Shown: in pieces, positions 9,065 to 19,939 of the stretch | Layout of the letters: every line of letters starts with the position of its first letter | Numbering within the stretch: position 1 is the first letter of the stretch | Assembly: GCA_947599925.1 (NCBI GenBank) | Contig: CANQFT010000004.1 | Coordinates: 59,349 to 123,348 of the forward strand | Length of the DNA stretch: 64,000 nt | Reading direction: 5' to 3' | Source of the DNA: an uncultured Oscillospiraceae bacterium | GTDB lineage: Bacteria; Bacillota; Clostridia; Oscillospirales; Oscillospiraceae | Translations under genes and position numbers: made by a program | The notes under the pieces: model-generated | What the model was told of the DNA's origin: nothing | The model's database searches: none | What the model saw: the letters and a program-made list of their open reading frames with translations, nothing else

Positions 9065-9784
9065 ATGACGAGAAAGCTGTGGAAGGCCCTGACCTGCGCG
9101 GCGCTGGCGCTGGCGCTGTTGTGCGCCTGCGGCGGCAAGGAGATGGCCAACCTGCCGGGAAAGCCCGCCTCCGGCGAGGCGCTGGACGTGGCCGGGGTGT
9201 TGCAGGAGGGGACCAAGGCGCGCATCCTGGAACAAAACAAGGCCCTTGCCCCGGTGGGGGCGCGGATGACGGTGGTCACTGTGGACCTGCTGGGCGGCAG
9301 GACCGCCGCCGAGTATGCCGCCGGGCTCTGGGACAGCTGGGAGCTGGACGGCCAGAGCAAAAACGGCGTGCTGGTCCTGCTGGCGGTGGGGGAGGGGCAG
9401 TACCATCTGCTCCAGGGCTCCGCCATCGCCGACGCCCTCACCGACCAGACCTTGGCCGACTTCGCCTGGACCTATCTGGAGCGGGATTTCGCCGCCGGTG
9501 AGTACGACGTGGGCGTCCGCAAGCTCTGCGATGGGCTCAACACCTGGTATCAGACCCACTACGCCCAGGAACTGGGCGAGGACTTGGGCGAGGACTTGGA
9601 CGAGAACTTGGGCGCGGACCCGGAGGACGCGCCGACGCCGGCGGAGAGCCGGACGGCCGGGATCCCCTGGCTGCCCATCGCCCTGGCCGCGGCGGTCCTG
9701 GCAGTGCTTTTGCCGCTGGCGTTCAAGCTCCACTCTTCCCGTTCCCGCCGGCGGAGGTACCAGGGCCACCGCCGCAGACGTTGA
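9065..9784 (+). CDS. TPM-domain (YgcG-like) lipoprotein with C-terminal TM anchor
   Basis: Lipobox LALLCAC, TPM-like core (GVLVLLAVGEGQYHLL), an acidic LGEDLGEDLDENLG repeat, a C-terminal TM helix and an Arg-rich tail. Confidence 0.8.
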   Translation: MTRKLWKALTCAALALALLCACGGKEMANLPGKPASGEALDVAGVLQEGTKARILEQNKALAPVGARMTVVTVDLLGGRTAAEYAAGLWDSWELDGQSKNGVLVLLAVGEGQYHLLQGSAIADALTDQTLADFAWTYLERDFAAGEYDVGVRKLCDGLNTWYQTHYAQELGEDLGEDLDENLGADPEDAPTPAESRTAGIPWLPIALAAAVLAVLLPLAFKLHSSRSRRRRYQGHRRRR

Positions 9785-9789
9785 CCCAG

Positions 9790-9817
9790 AACGCCGCCCC
9801 TTTGTGGGCGGCGTTTT
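9790..9817 (+). terminator. Rho-independent terminator after the telA-TPM pair
   Basis: aacgccgccc-ctttgt-gggcggcgtt followed by ttt. Confidence 0.65.
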
Positions 9818-9958
9818 CAGTTTGCCAAAAAGCCCCGCGGCCTTTCGCGCCGAGGGGCGCGAAAGACCCATAGGAAATTTTTTCCGGCGGCGTTTTTCTT
9901 TGTGCCAAAATCCACAAAGGCCCCTGGGCGCCATGGGGGATTTCCGTGTATTTTGTTC

Positions 9959-9987
9959 TTGCAATCTCCTGCCCTGCCTGTTATAAT
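9959..9987 (+). promoter_or_regulatory. Sigma-A type promoter of the branched-chain amino acid ABC operon
   Basis: TTGCAA (9959-9964), 17 nt, TATAAT (9982-9987). Confidence 0.5.
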
Positions 9988-10059
9988 TGGTACATCTCGC
10001 GGACAGTTGTGCGCCGTAGGCGGACGATTTCCGCAAAAGGAATTTAGGAGGATGCAACA

Positions 10060-11268
10060 ATGAAAAAGATGATCGCTCTGCTCCTGGCCCTTGTGATGGT
10101 GCTGGGCCTGGCCGCCTGCGGCGGCGACGAGCCCGCCGCCAGCGCCGACCCCAACAACAACAGCGGCAACAACGGGGACGTGGCCGGCACCGTCAAGATC
10201 GGCGTGTTTGAGCCCCAGTCCGGCGACAACGGCGCCGGCGGCAAACAGGAGATCCTGGGTATGCAGTACGCCAACACCCTGACTCCTACCGTGGAGATCG
10301 GCGGCCAGACCTATGCCGTCGAGCTGACCTATGCCGACAACCAGTCCTCGAACGACAAGGCCCCCTCCGCCGCCCAGACCCTGATTTCCGCCGGCGTGTC
10401 GGTGGTCCTCGGCTCCTACGGCTCCGGCGTGTCCATCGCCGCCTCCGACACCTTCGGTGACGCCGGCGTGCCCGCCATCGGCGTGACCTGCACCAACCCC
10501 CAGGTCACCGCCGGCAACTCCCACTACTTCCGCATCTGCTTCCTTGACCCCTTCCAGGGCACCGTTCTGGCCAACTTCGCCAAGGACCAGTTCTCCGCCG
10601 CCAAGGCCTACTGCCTGGCCAAGCAGGGCGACGACTACTCCGTGGGCCTGTGCAACTACTTCATGAAGGCCTTTGGCGAGGCCGACTGCGTCTATGAGAC
10701 CTTCCCCGAGGGCACCTCTGATTACAGCTCCTATGTGACCAACGCCAAGAACCAGGGCTGCGACGTGTTCTTCGCCCCCGTCTCCACCGAGGCCGCCGCG
10801 CTGATCATCGACCAGGCCGCCACCCAGGACCTGGGTATGCCCATGCTGGCCGGCGACACCTGGGACTCCAACGTCATCACCGGCGCCGCCCAGGGCAAGA
10901 GCAATGTGGACCTCTACGTGACCACCTTCTATCAGGAGGGCGGCAACCCTGAGTTCGACGCGGGCTTCAAGGCCTTCCTCAACAGCGACTCCACCTACCT
11001 GACCAACAACGGCGGCAACGACATGATCGCGGCCGTGTCCGTCATGGGCTACGACGCCTACTATGTGGCTCTGGAGGCCCTGAAGGCCGCCGGCTCCACC
11101 GATCCCGCCGCTGTCATGGCCGCTCTGCCCGGCGTGACCTTCGACGGCGTCTCCGGCGCCATCGCCTTTGACGCCGAGAACGGCGACGCCGTGCGCGACG
11201 TGGCCTACGTCAAGCACTGCGTGACCGAGACCGGCTCTTGGGAGTTTGTGGCCCAGCAGGGCGTGTGA
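10060..11268 (+). CDS. ABC transporter substrate-binding lipoprotein, LivJ/LivK (branched-chain amino acid) family
   Basis: 402 aa. Lipobox LGLAACGG and a type-I periplasmic binding fold signature. Followed by livHMGF-type genes. Confidence 0.9.
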   Translation: MKKMIALLLALVMVLGLAACGGDEPAASADPNNNSGNNGDVAGTVKIGVFEPQSGDNGAGGKQEILGMQYANTLTPTVEIGGQTYAVELTYADNQSSNDKAPSAAQTLISAGVSVVLGSYGSGVSIAASDTFGDAGVPAIGVTCTNPQVTAGNSHYFRICFLDPFQGTVLANFAKDQFSAAKAYCLAKQGDDYSVGLCNYFMKAFGEADCVYETFPEGTSDYSSYVTNAKNQGCDVFFAPVSTEAAALIIDQAATQDLGMPMLAGDTWDSNVITGAAQGKSNVDLYVTTFYQEGGNPEFDAGFKAFLNSDSTYLTNNGGNDMIAAVSVMGYDAYYVALEALKAAGSTDPAAVMAALPGVTFDGVSGAIAFDAENGDAVRDVAYVKHCVTETGSWEFVAQQGV

Positions 11269-11289
11269 TCTCCCCCATCCAACGGAACA

Positions 11290-11325
11290 ACACCGCTTGG
11301 CGGACAGCCCGCCAAGCGGTGTTTC
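11290..11325 (+). terminator. Intra-operon stem-loop (attenuator or stabiliser) after the binding-protein gene
   Basis: acaccgcttggcgg-acagc-ccgccaagcggtgt 14-bp stem with a weak U tail. Confidence 0.45.
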
Positions 11326-11436
11326 CCGTGGGTATGGACTGCTGGGAAAGAAGCGTCTGACCACAACGCTGTTTTCCCGGCAGTCTATGCCTTTTCCCGT
11401 TTTTCAGAGGAAATACCAACAGGAAGGAGAAACCCC

Positions 11437-12366
11437 ATGGCAAAGTTTTTCAGCGTCCTCTTGCCCTACATCCTGTCGGGCATCTCGGTGGGCGGACAGT
11501 ACGCCCTCATCGCCATCGGCTACACCATGGTATACGGCATCCTGCGCCTGATCAACTTCGCCCACGGCGATGTGTTCATGGTGGCCGGACTGTTCATGGT
11601 CTATATGGCGGGCTCCATGCCCCTCTATATCGCCGCGCCTCTGGTCATCGTGCTCACCGTGGCCCTGGGCTTCTGCATCGAGAAGGTGGCCTATAAGCCC
11701 CTGCGTACCGCGCCGCGCATGAGCGTGATGATCTCCGCCATCGGCGTGAGTTACCTGCTGCAAAATCTGGCCCTTTACATCACGGGCGGCCTGAACAAGA
11801 CCTACCCCGACATCCCCTGGATCTCCGACAACGTGCAGGTGTTTGGCGCCACCACCAAGTGGGTGACCATCATCACCCCCTTCCTCACCATCGCTCTGGT
11901 GATCGCCCTGGTCCTGCTGATCAACCACACCAAAGTCGGCATGGCCATGCGGGCCGTCGCCAAGGACTTTGAGACCAGCCAGCTCATGGGCATCAAGATC
12001 AACAACGTCATCTCCATGACTTTCGTGATCGGCTCGGCTCTGGCGGCGGTGGGCTCCATGCTCTACTTCTCCAACTACCCCGGCGTGGTCCCCACCTCAG
12101 GCGCCATGCCCGGCCTGAAAGCCTTTGTGGCCGCGGTGTTCGGCGGCATCGGCTCCATCCCCGGCGCGGTGATCGGCGCCTTTGTCATCGGCATCTGCGA
12201 ATCGCTGATCAAGGGCCTGGACACCATCATCAGCGCCTTTGTTCCCGGATACGCGGCCCTGGAACTGGCCACCTTCTCCGACGCCTTCACCTTCGCCCTC
12301 TTGATCATCATCCTGGTGTTCAAACCCACCGGGTTGTTTGGCGAGAAGGCCACCGACAAAGTGTAA
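11437..12366 (+). CDS. livH: Branched-chain amino acid ABC transporter permease (LivH-type)
   Basis: 309 aa, polytopic, with the INFAHGD motif typical of LivH. Confidence 0.9.
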   Translation: MAKFFSVLLPYILSGISVGGQYALIAIGYTMVYGILRLINFAHGDVFMVAGLFMVYMAGSMPLYIAAPLVIVLTVALGFCIEKVAYKPLRTAPRMSVMISAIGVSYLLQNLALYITGGLNKTYPDIPWISDNVQVFGATTKWVTIITPFLTIALVIALVLLINHTKVGMAMRAVAKDFETSQLMGIKINNVISMTFVIGSALAAVGSMLYFSNYPGVVPTSGAMPGLKAFVAAVFGGIGSIPGAVIGAFVIGICESLIKGLDTIISAFVPGYAALELATFSDAFTFALLIIILVFKPTGLFGEKATDKV

Positions 12367-12379
12367 GGGGGTGGCGGAT

Positions 12380-13549
12380 ATGCAAAAGAAGAAAAATCAC
12401 GGCAAGACCTTCGCCGGACTGGTCGCCATCGTGTGCTTCCTGGCGGTGGTGCTGGTGCTGGACCAGATCATCCAGCCCACCGACTCCATGGCCATGCTCC
12501 TGAAGGTCTTGCAAAAGGCCTCGGTCTACGCCCTGGCCGCCGTATCGCTGAACCTGCTCACCGGCTTCACCGGGCTCTTTTCCCTGGGGCACGCCGGCTT
12601 CATGCTCATCGGCGCCTATACCTACGCCATCTTCACCATCGAGCCCCTCCAGCGGGACGTGGTCTACCAGTACTATGACGCCGCGATCCGGGTGTCCTTT
12701 CCCCAGATGCTGGCCCAGCACTTGGGCGGTCTGGGCACCGTGCTGGGCGTGATCCTGGCCATTTTGCTGGCCGGCGCGGTGGCGGCGCTGCTGGGCTGGC
12801 TGATCGGTCTTCCGGTCCTGCGGCTCAAGTCGGACTACCTGGCCATCGCCACGCTGGGCTTTGCCGAGGTGATCCGGGCCGTCTTTCAGTGGGGCAAGCT
12901 GGGCCCTGTCACCAACGGCTCCAACCCGCTGAAGAGCTTTGTGCGGATCAACTCCTTCAAGCTGACCCTGGGCGGGACCACCCTGAGCCTGTCCACCTTC
13001 GTTCCCGTCCTGCTGGCGGTGGTGTGTATCGCCGTCATCGTCCTGCTGATCAACTCCTCCTATGGCCGGGCGTTCAAGGCCATCCGGGAGAACGAGATCG
13101 CCGCCGAGGCCATGGGCATCAACCTGGCCCGGCACAAGATGCTGGCTTTCTGCACCTCCTCCTTCTTCGCCGGGGTAGCGGGGGCTGGAATGGCCATGGT
13201 GCTTGGAATTGCCCAGGCCAACAACTTCAAGTCCGCCATGACCTACGAGATCCTGCTCATGGTCGTGCTGGGCGGCATCGGCTCAGTGACCGGGTCGGTC
13301 ATCGGGGCGACCCTGTTCATCGCCGCCTCCGAGTGGTGGCTGCGGGGCCTGGATTCCGGCACCTTCCTGGGGATCAACGCCCCCGACATCTTCCGAAACG
13401 GCTTCCGCCTGGTGGTATTCTCCATCGTCATTATGATCGTGGTCCTCTTCTTCCGCCGGGGCATTATGGGCGACAAGGAACTGCCCGACCTCTTCCGCAG
13501 ACGAAAAAAGACCCCGTCCAAGGCGAAGGGAGGTCAGAGCCATGGCTGA
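12380..13549 (+). CDS. livM: Branched-chain amino acid ABC transporter permease (LivM-type)
   Basis: LivM-like polytopic protein (LNLLTGFTGLFSLGHAGF). Start moved to ATG 12380 (MQKKKNHGK). Confidence 0.88.
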   Translation: MQKKKNHGKTFAGLVAIVCFLAVVLVLDQIIQPTDSMAMLLKVLQKASVYALAAVSLNLLTGFTGLFSLGHAGFMLIGAYTYAIFTIEPLQRDVVYQYYDAAIRVSFPQMLAQHLGGLGTVLGVILAILLAGAVAALLGWLIGLPVLRLKSDYLAIATLGFAEVIRAVFQWGKLGPVTNGSNPLKSFVRINSFKLTLGGTTLSLSTFVPVLLAVVCIAVIVLLINSSYGRAFKAIRENEIAAEAMGINLARHKMLAFCTSSFFAGVAGAGMAMVLGIAQANNFKSAMTYEILLMVVLGGIGSVTGSVIGATLFIAASEWWLRGLDSGTFLGINAPDIFRNGFRLVVFSIVIMIVVLFFRRGIMGDKELPDLFRRRKKTPSKAKGGQSHG

Positions 13550-14376
13550 AAACGTGCTGAGGCTGGAAAACATCACCATGCAGTTTGGCGGCGTGGTGGC
13601 GGTGAACGACCTCTCTTTGGAGGTCAACCGCGGCGAGATCGTAGCCCTGATCGGGCCCAACGGCGCGGGCAAGACCACCGCTTTCAACTGCGTCACCGGC
13701 GTCTATGAGCCCACCAATGGCCGGGTGAGCCTGCTGGGGGAGACCATCGTGGAAAACCATCCCCAGGGCAAGATGAAGGCCCAATATCTGGGCCAGGACC
13801 CGGACAAATTCACCCAGGTGGTCCACCTCACCCCTGACGTTATCACCAAAAAGGGCATCGCCCGGACCTTCCAGAACATCCGCCTCTTTGGGGCCCTCAC
13901 CGTCTTTGACAACGTGCTCATCGCCAAGCATATGCGCGCCAAGCAGAACTTCCTCTCCGCCACATTCCGGCTCAACCGGGCCGAGGAAAAGCGGATGCGG
14001 GAGGAGACCACGGCTCTTCTGGCCGAGCAGGACCTCTACCAGTTCAAGGACGAGGTGGCCTCGTCCCTGCCCTATGGTCTCCAGCGCCGCCTGGAGATCG
14101 CCCGCGCCCTGGCCACCGAGCCGAAGCTCCTGCTGCTGGACGAGCCCGCCGCGGGCATGAATCCCCAGGAGACCCAGGAGTTGGCGGACTTTGTCCGCAA
14201 GATCCGGGCCGAATACGGCCTGACCATCTTCATGATCGAGCACCACATGGACATGGTCATGAAGATCTCCGACCGCATTTATGTGCTGGACTTTGGCCGG
14301 CTCATCGCCAAGGGCACGCCCGCCCAGGTCCAGAACGACCCGCAGGTCATCGAGGCTTATTTGGGGGTGGCAGACG

Positions 14377-14390
<14 letters not shown>
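13542..14390 (+). CDS. livG: Branched-chain amino acid ABC transporter ATP-binding protein (LivG-type)
   Basis: Walker A GPNGAGKTT, signature LPYGLQRRLEIARAL, Walker B LLLLDEPAAG. Confidence 0.93.
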
Positions 14391-15072
<682 letters not shown>

Positions 15073-15090
15073 GCCCCTGTTCCCCGCGTC

Positions 15091-15129
15091 AAAAAAGCCG
15101 CCGTCCCCAGCTGGGGACGGCGGCTTTTT
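15091..15129. terminator. Bidirectional terminator between livF and leuB (convergent genes)
   Basis: AAAAAAGCCGCCGTCCCCAGCTGGGGACGGCGGCTTTTT: a perfect 12-bp+ stem flanked by an A-run and a T-run. Confidence 0.8.
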
Positions 15130-15201
15130 GTGAGGCTGTCAGAGAGGCGGCGGGGCCGCTTCCTGACCATATTTCGCGGCCCGCCCGCGAACAGGCGGCG
15201 C

Positions 15202-16278
15202 TTACAGCCCTTGGCAGATCAGGTCCCCCATCTTCTCCGTGCCGATGGGGGTGACGCCGGCCTCGGCGATGTCCGGGGTGCGCCAGCCCGCGTCCAGGGT
15301 CCCGTCCACCGCCCGCTCCACCGCGTCGGCCTCGGCGGAGAGGTGGAAGGAGTAGCGGAGCATCATGGCCGCCGACAGGATGGTGGCGATGGGGTTGGCC
15401 TTGTCCTGACCGGCGATGTCAGGGGCGGAGCCGTGGATGGGCTCATAGAGGGCGGGGGCGCCGTCCCCCATGGAGGCGGAGGGGAGCAGGCCGATAGAGC
15501 CTGTGACCATGCTGGCCTCGTCGGAGAGAATGTCGCCAAACATATTCTCGGTGACGATCACATCGAACTGGCCGGGGTCTTTGACGATCTGCATGGCGCA
15601 GTTGTCCACCAGCACGTCCTCATAGGCCACGTCGCTGTACTCCTCCGCCAGCCGGTGCATCACCGCGCGCCACAGCCGCGAGGTCTCCAGCACGTTGGCC
15701 TTGTCCACGCTGGAGACCTTCTTGCGGCGCAACCGGGCCAGCTCGAAGGCCCGGCGGCCAATGCGCTCGATCTCCAGCTCGGAGTAGGCCATCAGGTCGG
15801 TGGCCTCCAGCCCCTTGTCCGGGGTCTGATATTTGTCCCGCTTGCCGAAGTATACCCCGCCCGTCAGTTCCCGGACCATCATCAGGTCGATGCCCCGGTC
15901 CGCCGTCTCCTTCTTCAGCGGACAGGCGCCTTTCAGGGCCGGGCGCAGCACCGCCGGACGGAGGTTGGCGTAGAGGCCCAGGTCCTTGCGGATGGCCAGC
16001 AGCGCCGTCTCCGGCCTCTGCTCGGCGGGCTTGTCGGAGCCCCACTTGGGCCCGCCCACAGCGCCCAGAAGCACCGCGTCGCACGCCCTGCACGCCTCCG
16101 CCGTGCCCGCGGGGTAGCTCACCCCCACCGCGTCGGTGGCGCAGCCGCCCATGAGCACGTCCACATAGGAAAAGCTGTGGCCGAATTTCTCCCCCACGGC
16201 GTCCAGCACCTTCACAGCCTGCTTGACGATGTCCGGGCCAATGCCGTCGCCGCCGATGAGCGCGATCTTGTAGTTCAT
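15202..16278 (-). CDS. leuB: 3-isopropylmalate dehydrogenase
   Basis: 358 aa. [17 protein letters not shown]..., [26 protein letters not shown]. Confidence 0.96.
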   Translation of the reverse strand: MNYKIALIGGDGIGPDIVKQAVKVLDAVGEKFGHSFSYVDVLMGGCATDAVGVSYPAGTAEACRACDAVLLGAVGGPKWGSDKPAEQRPETALLAIRKDLGLYANLRPAVLRPALKGACPLKKETADRGIDLMMVRELTGGVYFGKRDKYQTPDKGLEATDLMAYSELEIERIGRRAFELARLRRKKVSSVDKANVLETSRLWRAVMHRLAEEYSDVAYEDVLVDNCAMQIVKDPGQFDVIVTENMFGDILSDEASMVTGSIGLLPSASMGDGAPALYEPIHGSAPDIAGQDKANPIATILSAAMMLRYSFHLSAEADAVERAVDGTLDAGWRTPDIAEAGVTPIGTEKMGDLICQGL

Positions 16279-16760
16279 TTCGCCAGTCCCCTCGCTTTCA
16301 GAGATTTGAGCAGCCCGCCGCTCTGAATGATGCCGTCGATAAACGCCGGGAAGGGGGCGGCCTGGAAGGTCTTGTGCCGGGTGACGTCCTCAATGACGCC
16401 CGTCTGGAAGTCCACCGTCACCTCGTCGCCCGGCTGGATGGCCTCGGCGGCCTCCGGGCACTCCAGAATGGGCAGACCGATGTTGATGGCGTTGCGGTAG
16501 AAAATGCGGGCAAAGCTCTTGGCGATGACGCACTTCACGCCGCAGGACTTGATGGCCAGGGGCGCGTGTTCCCGGCTGGAGCCGCAACCGAAGTTGGCCC
16601 CGCCCACCACGATGTCGCCAGGGGCCACGGTGGAGGCGAAAGCGGCGTCAAGGTCCTCCATGCAGTGGGAGGCCAGGGCCTTGGGATCGGGGTCGTTGAG
16701 ATGCCGGGCCGGGATGATCACGTCGGTGTCCACGTTGTCGCCGTACTTGTAGATTTTCAT
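16275..16760 (-). CDS. leuD: 3-isopropylmalate dehydratase small subunit
   Basis: [21 protein letters not shown]...[15 protein letters not shown]. Start at ATG 16760 with a GAGGAGGG RBS. Confidence 0.94.
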   Translation of the reverse strand: MKIYKYGDNVDTDVIIPARHLNDPDPKALASHCMEDLDAAFASTVAPGDIVVGGANFGCGSSREHAPLAIKSCGVKCVIAKSFARIFYRNAINIGLPILECPEAAEAIQPGDEVTVDFQTGVIEDVTRHKTFQAAPFPAFIDGIIQSGGLLKSLKARGLAK

Positions 16761-16774
16761 GGCAGTTGCCCTCC

Positions 16775-18034
16775 TCATATCGTCCGCGGGTCGGCGATGA
16801 CGCCCGCCACGGCGCTGGCCGCCGCCACAGCGGGGCTGGCCAGAATGACCTCGGAGCTGGTGTCTCCCATGCGGCCCACGAAGTTGCGGTTGGTGGTGGA
16901 GACGCACCGCTCGCCCGGAGCCAGCACCCCCATGTGCCCGCCCAGACAGGGCCCGCAGGTGGGGGTGGAGAAGGCGCAGCCCGCGTCCAAAAAGACCTCC
17001 GCCAGCCCCTCGGCCAGACATTGGCGCACGATCTCCTGGGTGGCGGGGATGACGATGCACCGCACCCCGCTGGCCACCTTGCGGCCCTTGAGGATGGCCG
17101 CCGCTTCCCGCAGGTCCTTGATGCGCCCGTTGGTGCACGAGCCGATGACCACTTGCTGGATGGGGGTGCCCGCCACCTCCGTCACCGTCTTGGTGTTGGA
17201 GGGCAGATGGGGCAGGGACACGGTGGGCTCCAAGGCGGAGAGGTCGATGGTCACTGTCTGGACATACTCCGCGTCGGCGTCGGGCTCAACGGCGGTCCAG
17301 GCCCGGTCCGTCCGGCCCTTGAGGTAGGCCGCGGTCTTGTCATCCACCGGGAAAATGCCGTTTTTGCCGCCGGCTTCGATGGCCATGTTGCAGATGGTGA
17401 AGCGGTCGTCCATCTCCAGGGACGCCACGCCGGGGCCGACGAACTCCAGGGACTGGTAGAGCGCCCCGTCCACACCGATGCGGCCGATGAGGTGCAGGAC
17501 TACGTCCTTGCCTGAGACGTAGGGGGAGAGCTTGCCGGTCAGCTCCACACGGATGGCGCTGGGCACCTTGAACCAGGCCCGGCCCGTCGCCATGCCCGCG
17601 GCCATATCGGTGGAGCCCACGCCGGTGGAAAAAGCCCCCAGCGCGCCGTAAGTACAGGTGTGGGAGTCGGCGCCGATGATCACGTCGCCGGGGATCGCCA
17701 GCCCCTTTTCCGGGATCAGCGCGTGCTCCACGCCCACTTGCCCCACGTCGTAGAAGTGGGTGATGGCGTGGGCCTTGGCGAAGTCCCTGGCCTGGGCGCA
17801 GAGCTTGGCGGACTTGATGTCCTTGCAGGGGGTGGAGTGGTCCAGAACGATGGCGATCTTGTCCCGGTCAAAGACCTGGGTCAGCCCCGCCTTTTCAAAC
17901 TCGGTGATGGCCACCGGCGCTGTGATGTCGTTGCCCATCACCAGGCTGAGATCGCCCTCGATGAGCTGCCCGGCCTGGACGCTGGCAAGCCCCGCCGCTC
18001 TGGCGAGAATTTTCTGGGTCATGGTCATGCCCAT
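16775..18034 (-). CDS. leuC: 3-isopropylmalate dehydratase large subunit
   Basis: [15 protein letters not shown]...[15 protein letters not shown]...GSCTNGR...CGPCLG aconitase-family motifs. Start at ATG 18034 (AGGAGGG RBS). The remaining ~415 codons of the 834-aa track ORF are a spurious extension. Confidence 0.94.
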   Translation of the reverse strand: MGMTMTQKILARAAGLASVQAGQLIEGDLSLVMGNDITAPVAITEFEKAGLTQVFDRDKIAIVLDHSTPCKDIKSAKLCAQARDFAKAHAITHFYDVGQVGVEHALIPEKGLAIPGDVIIGADSHTCTYGALGAFSTGVGSTDMAAGMATGRAWFKVPSAIRVELTGKLSPYVSGKDVVLHLIGRIGVDGALYQSLEFVGPGVASLEMDDRFTICNMAIEAGGKNGIFPVDDKTAAYLKGRTDRAWTAVEPDADAEYVQTVTIDLSALEPTVSLPHLPSNTKTVTEVAGTPIQQVVIGSCTNGRIKDLREAAAILKGRKVASGVRCIVIPATQEIVRQCLAEGLAEVFLDAGCAFSTPTCGPCLGGHMGVLAPGERCVSTTNRNFVGRMGDTSSEVILASPAVAAASAVAGVIADPRTI

Positions 18035-18196
18035 AAACGTGCCCTCCTTTGTGACGTCTGAACAGGCCCGCTGAACCGGGCCCGCCAGTCTCGAACAAGA
18101 CCCATTATAGCAGACAGCCGGACAAAAAGCCATACCTGGAATAATTTTTCTTCCCCGGCCCAAACTAGAAGGAGAATTTGGGAAAGGGGAGAGGGT

Positions 18197-19426
18197 ATGT
18201 TTTCCGACCTTTGGGCCCGGCTCAGCGACCTGGACGGATTCACCGCCAGCCTGCGGAACTGGGCGTCCAACCTGAGCGTCAACTCGGTGATCATCTTCAT
18301 TATGATGATCTTTATGATCGTGGGCGCGGTGGACAAACTCCGGGGCAACAAGCTGGGCTACGGAGCGGAGTTTGACGAGGGCTTCCGGGCCATGGGCCCT
18401 CTGGCCATCGCCATGGCCGGAGTGGTGGCGGCGGCGCCGGTGCTGGCGGCCCTGCTGGAGCCCATCGTGGTGCCCGTTTACCGCCTTTTGGGGGCGGACG
18501 GCGGGATGTTCGCCGGGACCCTGCTGGCCTGCGACATGGGCGGCTACCCTCTGGCGGTCCAGCTCTCCGAGACGGAGGCCGCCGCCAACTTCTCCGGTCT
18601 TGTGCTGGGCACCATGATGGGGGCCACTTTGGTGTTCACCATCCCCGTGGCCCTGTCCATCATCGACCCCAAGGACCGTCCCTACCTGGGCGCGGGCACG
18701 CTGGCGGGGCTGATCACCGTCCCCATCGGCTGTGTCGCCGGCGGCCTGGCCATGGCCATGACGCCCTACCCCATGGACCTTCTGGAGATCCTGCGAAACC
18801 TCATCCCCGTCATCCTCATCGCCGGGCTGATCGTCCTGGGCCTCTGGTTCGCGCCGGGGAAGATGATCGCGGGCTTCAGCAAGTTTGGCGCCGGGGTGAC
18901 GGCGGTCATCACCATCTTCACCGCGCTGGCGGTCTTTCAGTACCAGACGGGCATCCGCTTCCCGCTCTTTGACCTGATGGTGGAGAGCCAGGGCGAGGAC
19001 GGCCTGGTGCCGCTGGAGGAGGGACTGCTGGTCTGCGGCCAGATCGCCATCGTCCTCATCGGCGCCTTCCCCATGGTCCGCTGGATCACCCGCACCTTTG
19101 GAAAGGTCCTGGGAAAAGCGGGCAGGGCCCTGGGCATGAACGACAAGGGCTCGGCGGGCCTGGTGGCGACCCTGGCCAACAACATCGCCATGTTCAACCT
19201 CTTTGACGGCATGAACGAGCGGGGCAAACTGCTGAACGTGGCCTTTGCCGTGTCCGCCTCCTTTGTCTTTGGCGACCATCTGGGCTTCGCCGCCGGAGTC
19301 AATTCAGATATGATCTTCCCCATGATCCTGGGCAAGCTGGTGGCGGGGGTGACGGCGCTGGCGCTGTGCGCCTGGCTCTCGCCCAAACTGCTGGAAAAAA
19401 TACACCAGAGCGGAGGAGGCGCGTAA
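18197..19426 (+). CDS. eutH: Ethanolamine utilization protein EutH-family permease
   Basis: 409 aa, polytopic, with EutH-like sequence throughout ([21 protein letters not shown]..., [10 protein letters not shown]). Confidence 0.85.
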   Translation: MFSDLWARLSDLDGFTASLRNWASNLSVNSVIIFIMMIFMIVGAVDKLRGNKLGYGAEFDEGFRAMGPLAIAMAGVVAAAPVLAALLEPIVVPVYRLLGADGGMFAGTLLACDMGGYPLAVQLSETEAAANFSGLVLGTMMGATLVFTIPVALSIIDPKDRPYLGAGTLAGLITVPIGCVAGGLAMAMTPYPMDLLEILRNLIPVILIAGLIVLGLWFAPGKMIAGFSKFGAGVTAVITIFTALAVFQYQTGIRFPLFDLMVESQGEDGLVPLEEGLLVCGQIAIVLIGAFPMVRWITRTFGKVLGKAGRALGMNDKGSAGLVATLANNIAMFNLFDGMNERGKLLNVAFAVSASFVFGDHLGFAAGVNSDMIFPMILGKLVAGVTALALCAWLSPKLLEKIHQSGGGA

Positions 19427-19427
19427 C

Positions 19428-19859
19428 ATGACCTGGAACGAAGAGACCCTGCGGCCCATCGTGGAGCAGGTCCTCCGCCGGCTGTCCCAAGGCGGGGACT
19501 TCCACAAGGAGACCGACCCCTCCGGCGTGCTGTTGGTCCGCACCGACACCGTGCGCTGTCAGAGCTTCGAGGGCCGCCGGGACGTGCGGCTCCGGGACGT
19601 GACCACCCTGGAAGAAGCGCCCCGCATGGCCGCCGGGGTCATGGAGGTGGAGGGGACCCGCTTCCCCTGGACCCTCAGCTACGACGAGTACGACGTCGTC
19701 CTCAGCGGTACGCTGGAGATCCGGGTCGGGGAGCGGACCTACACCGGCCACGCCGGCGACGTCTTCTATATTCCAAAGGGCAGTTCCATCTCCTTCTGCT
19801 CGCCGGACAAGGCCCGCTACGTCTACGTCACCTATCCCGCCGACTGGCAAAACGGCTGA
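19428..19859 (+). CDS. eutQ: EutQ-like cupin domain protein
   Basis: 143 aa with a cupin C-terminal half (YDEYDVVLSGTLEIRVGERTYTGHAGDVFYIPKGS). Starts 2 nt after the eutH stop. Confidence 0.75.
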   Translation: MTWNEETLRPIVEQVLRRLSQGGDFHKETDPSGVLLVRTDTVRCQSFEGRRDVRLRDVTTLEEAPRMAAGVMEVEGTRFPWTLSYDEYDVVLSGTLEIRVGERTYTGHAGDVFYIPKGSSISFCSPDKARYVYVTYPADWQNG

Positions 19860-19902
19860 AAAGGGCCCCGCCTGGATGCGCGTTCCAGGCGGGGCCCTTT
19901 TT
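19858..19902. terminator. Bidirectional terminator between eutQ and radC
   Basis: AAAAGGGCCCCGCCTGGA-loop-TCCAGGCGGGGCCCTTTTT. Confidence 0.8.
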
Positions 19903-19939
19903 CATGTCGCGGCCTCCGGCGCCCAGCTGGAGCCCTTTT

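Noticed and set aside
11210-11443. Small ORFs in intergenic gaps (e.g. 11210..11443 -, 9723..9917 -, 3649..3882 -, 28479..28700 -)
   Set aside because: They overlap terminators, T-box leaders or promoters that explain the sequence better. They lack RBSs and have an implausible composition.
18035-18196. T-box or other riboswitch upstream of leuCDB, or an AdoCbl riboswitch upstream of eutH
   Set aside because: The divergent intergenic region is about 160 nt, lacks the GGGUGGUACCGCG T-box sequence or B12-box, and shows only a short hairpin and a possible extended -10 (TGCTATAAT).
16775-19279. N-terminally extended versions of real genes in the ORF track (e.g. leuC as 834 aa, acyltransferase 3927..5411, rpe 5628..6389, radC 19940..20815, ispH/S1 43416..46094, scpB 52022..53125)
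   Set aside because: The extensions run through neighbouring genes or intergenic regions, are Arg/Gly/Pro-rich nonsense, and ignore internal ATGs that have proper Shine-Dalgarno spacing and match family N-termini. Starts were trimmed accordingly.
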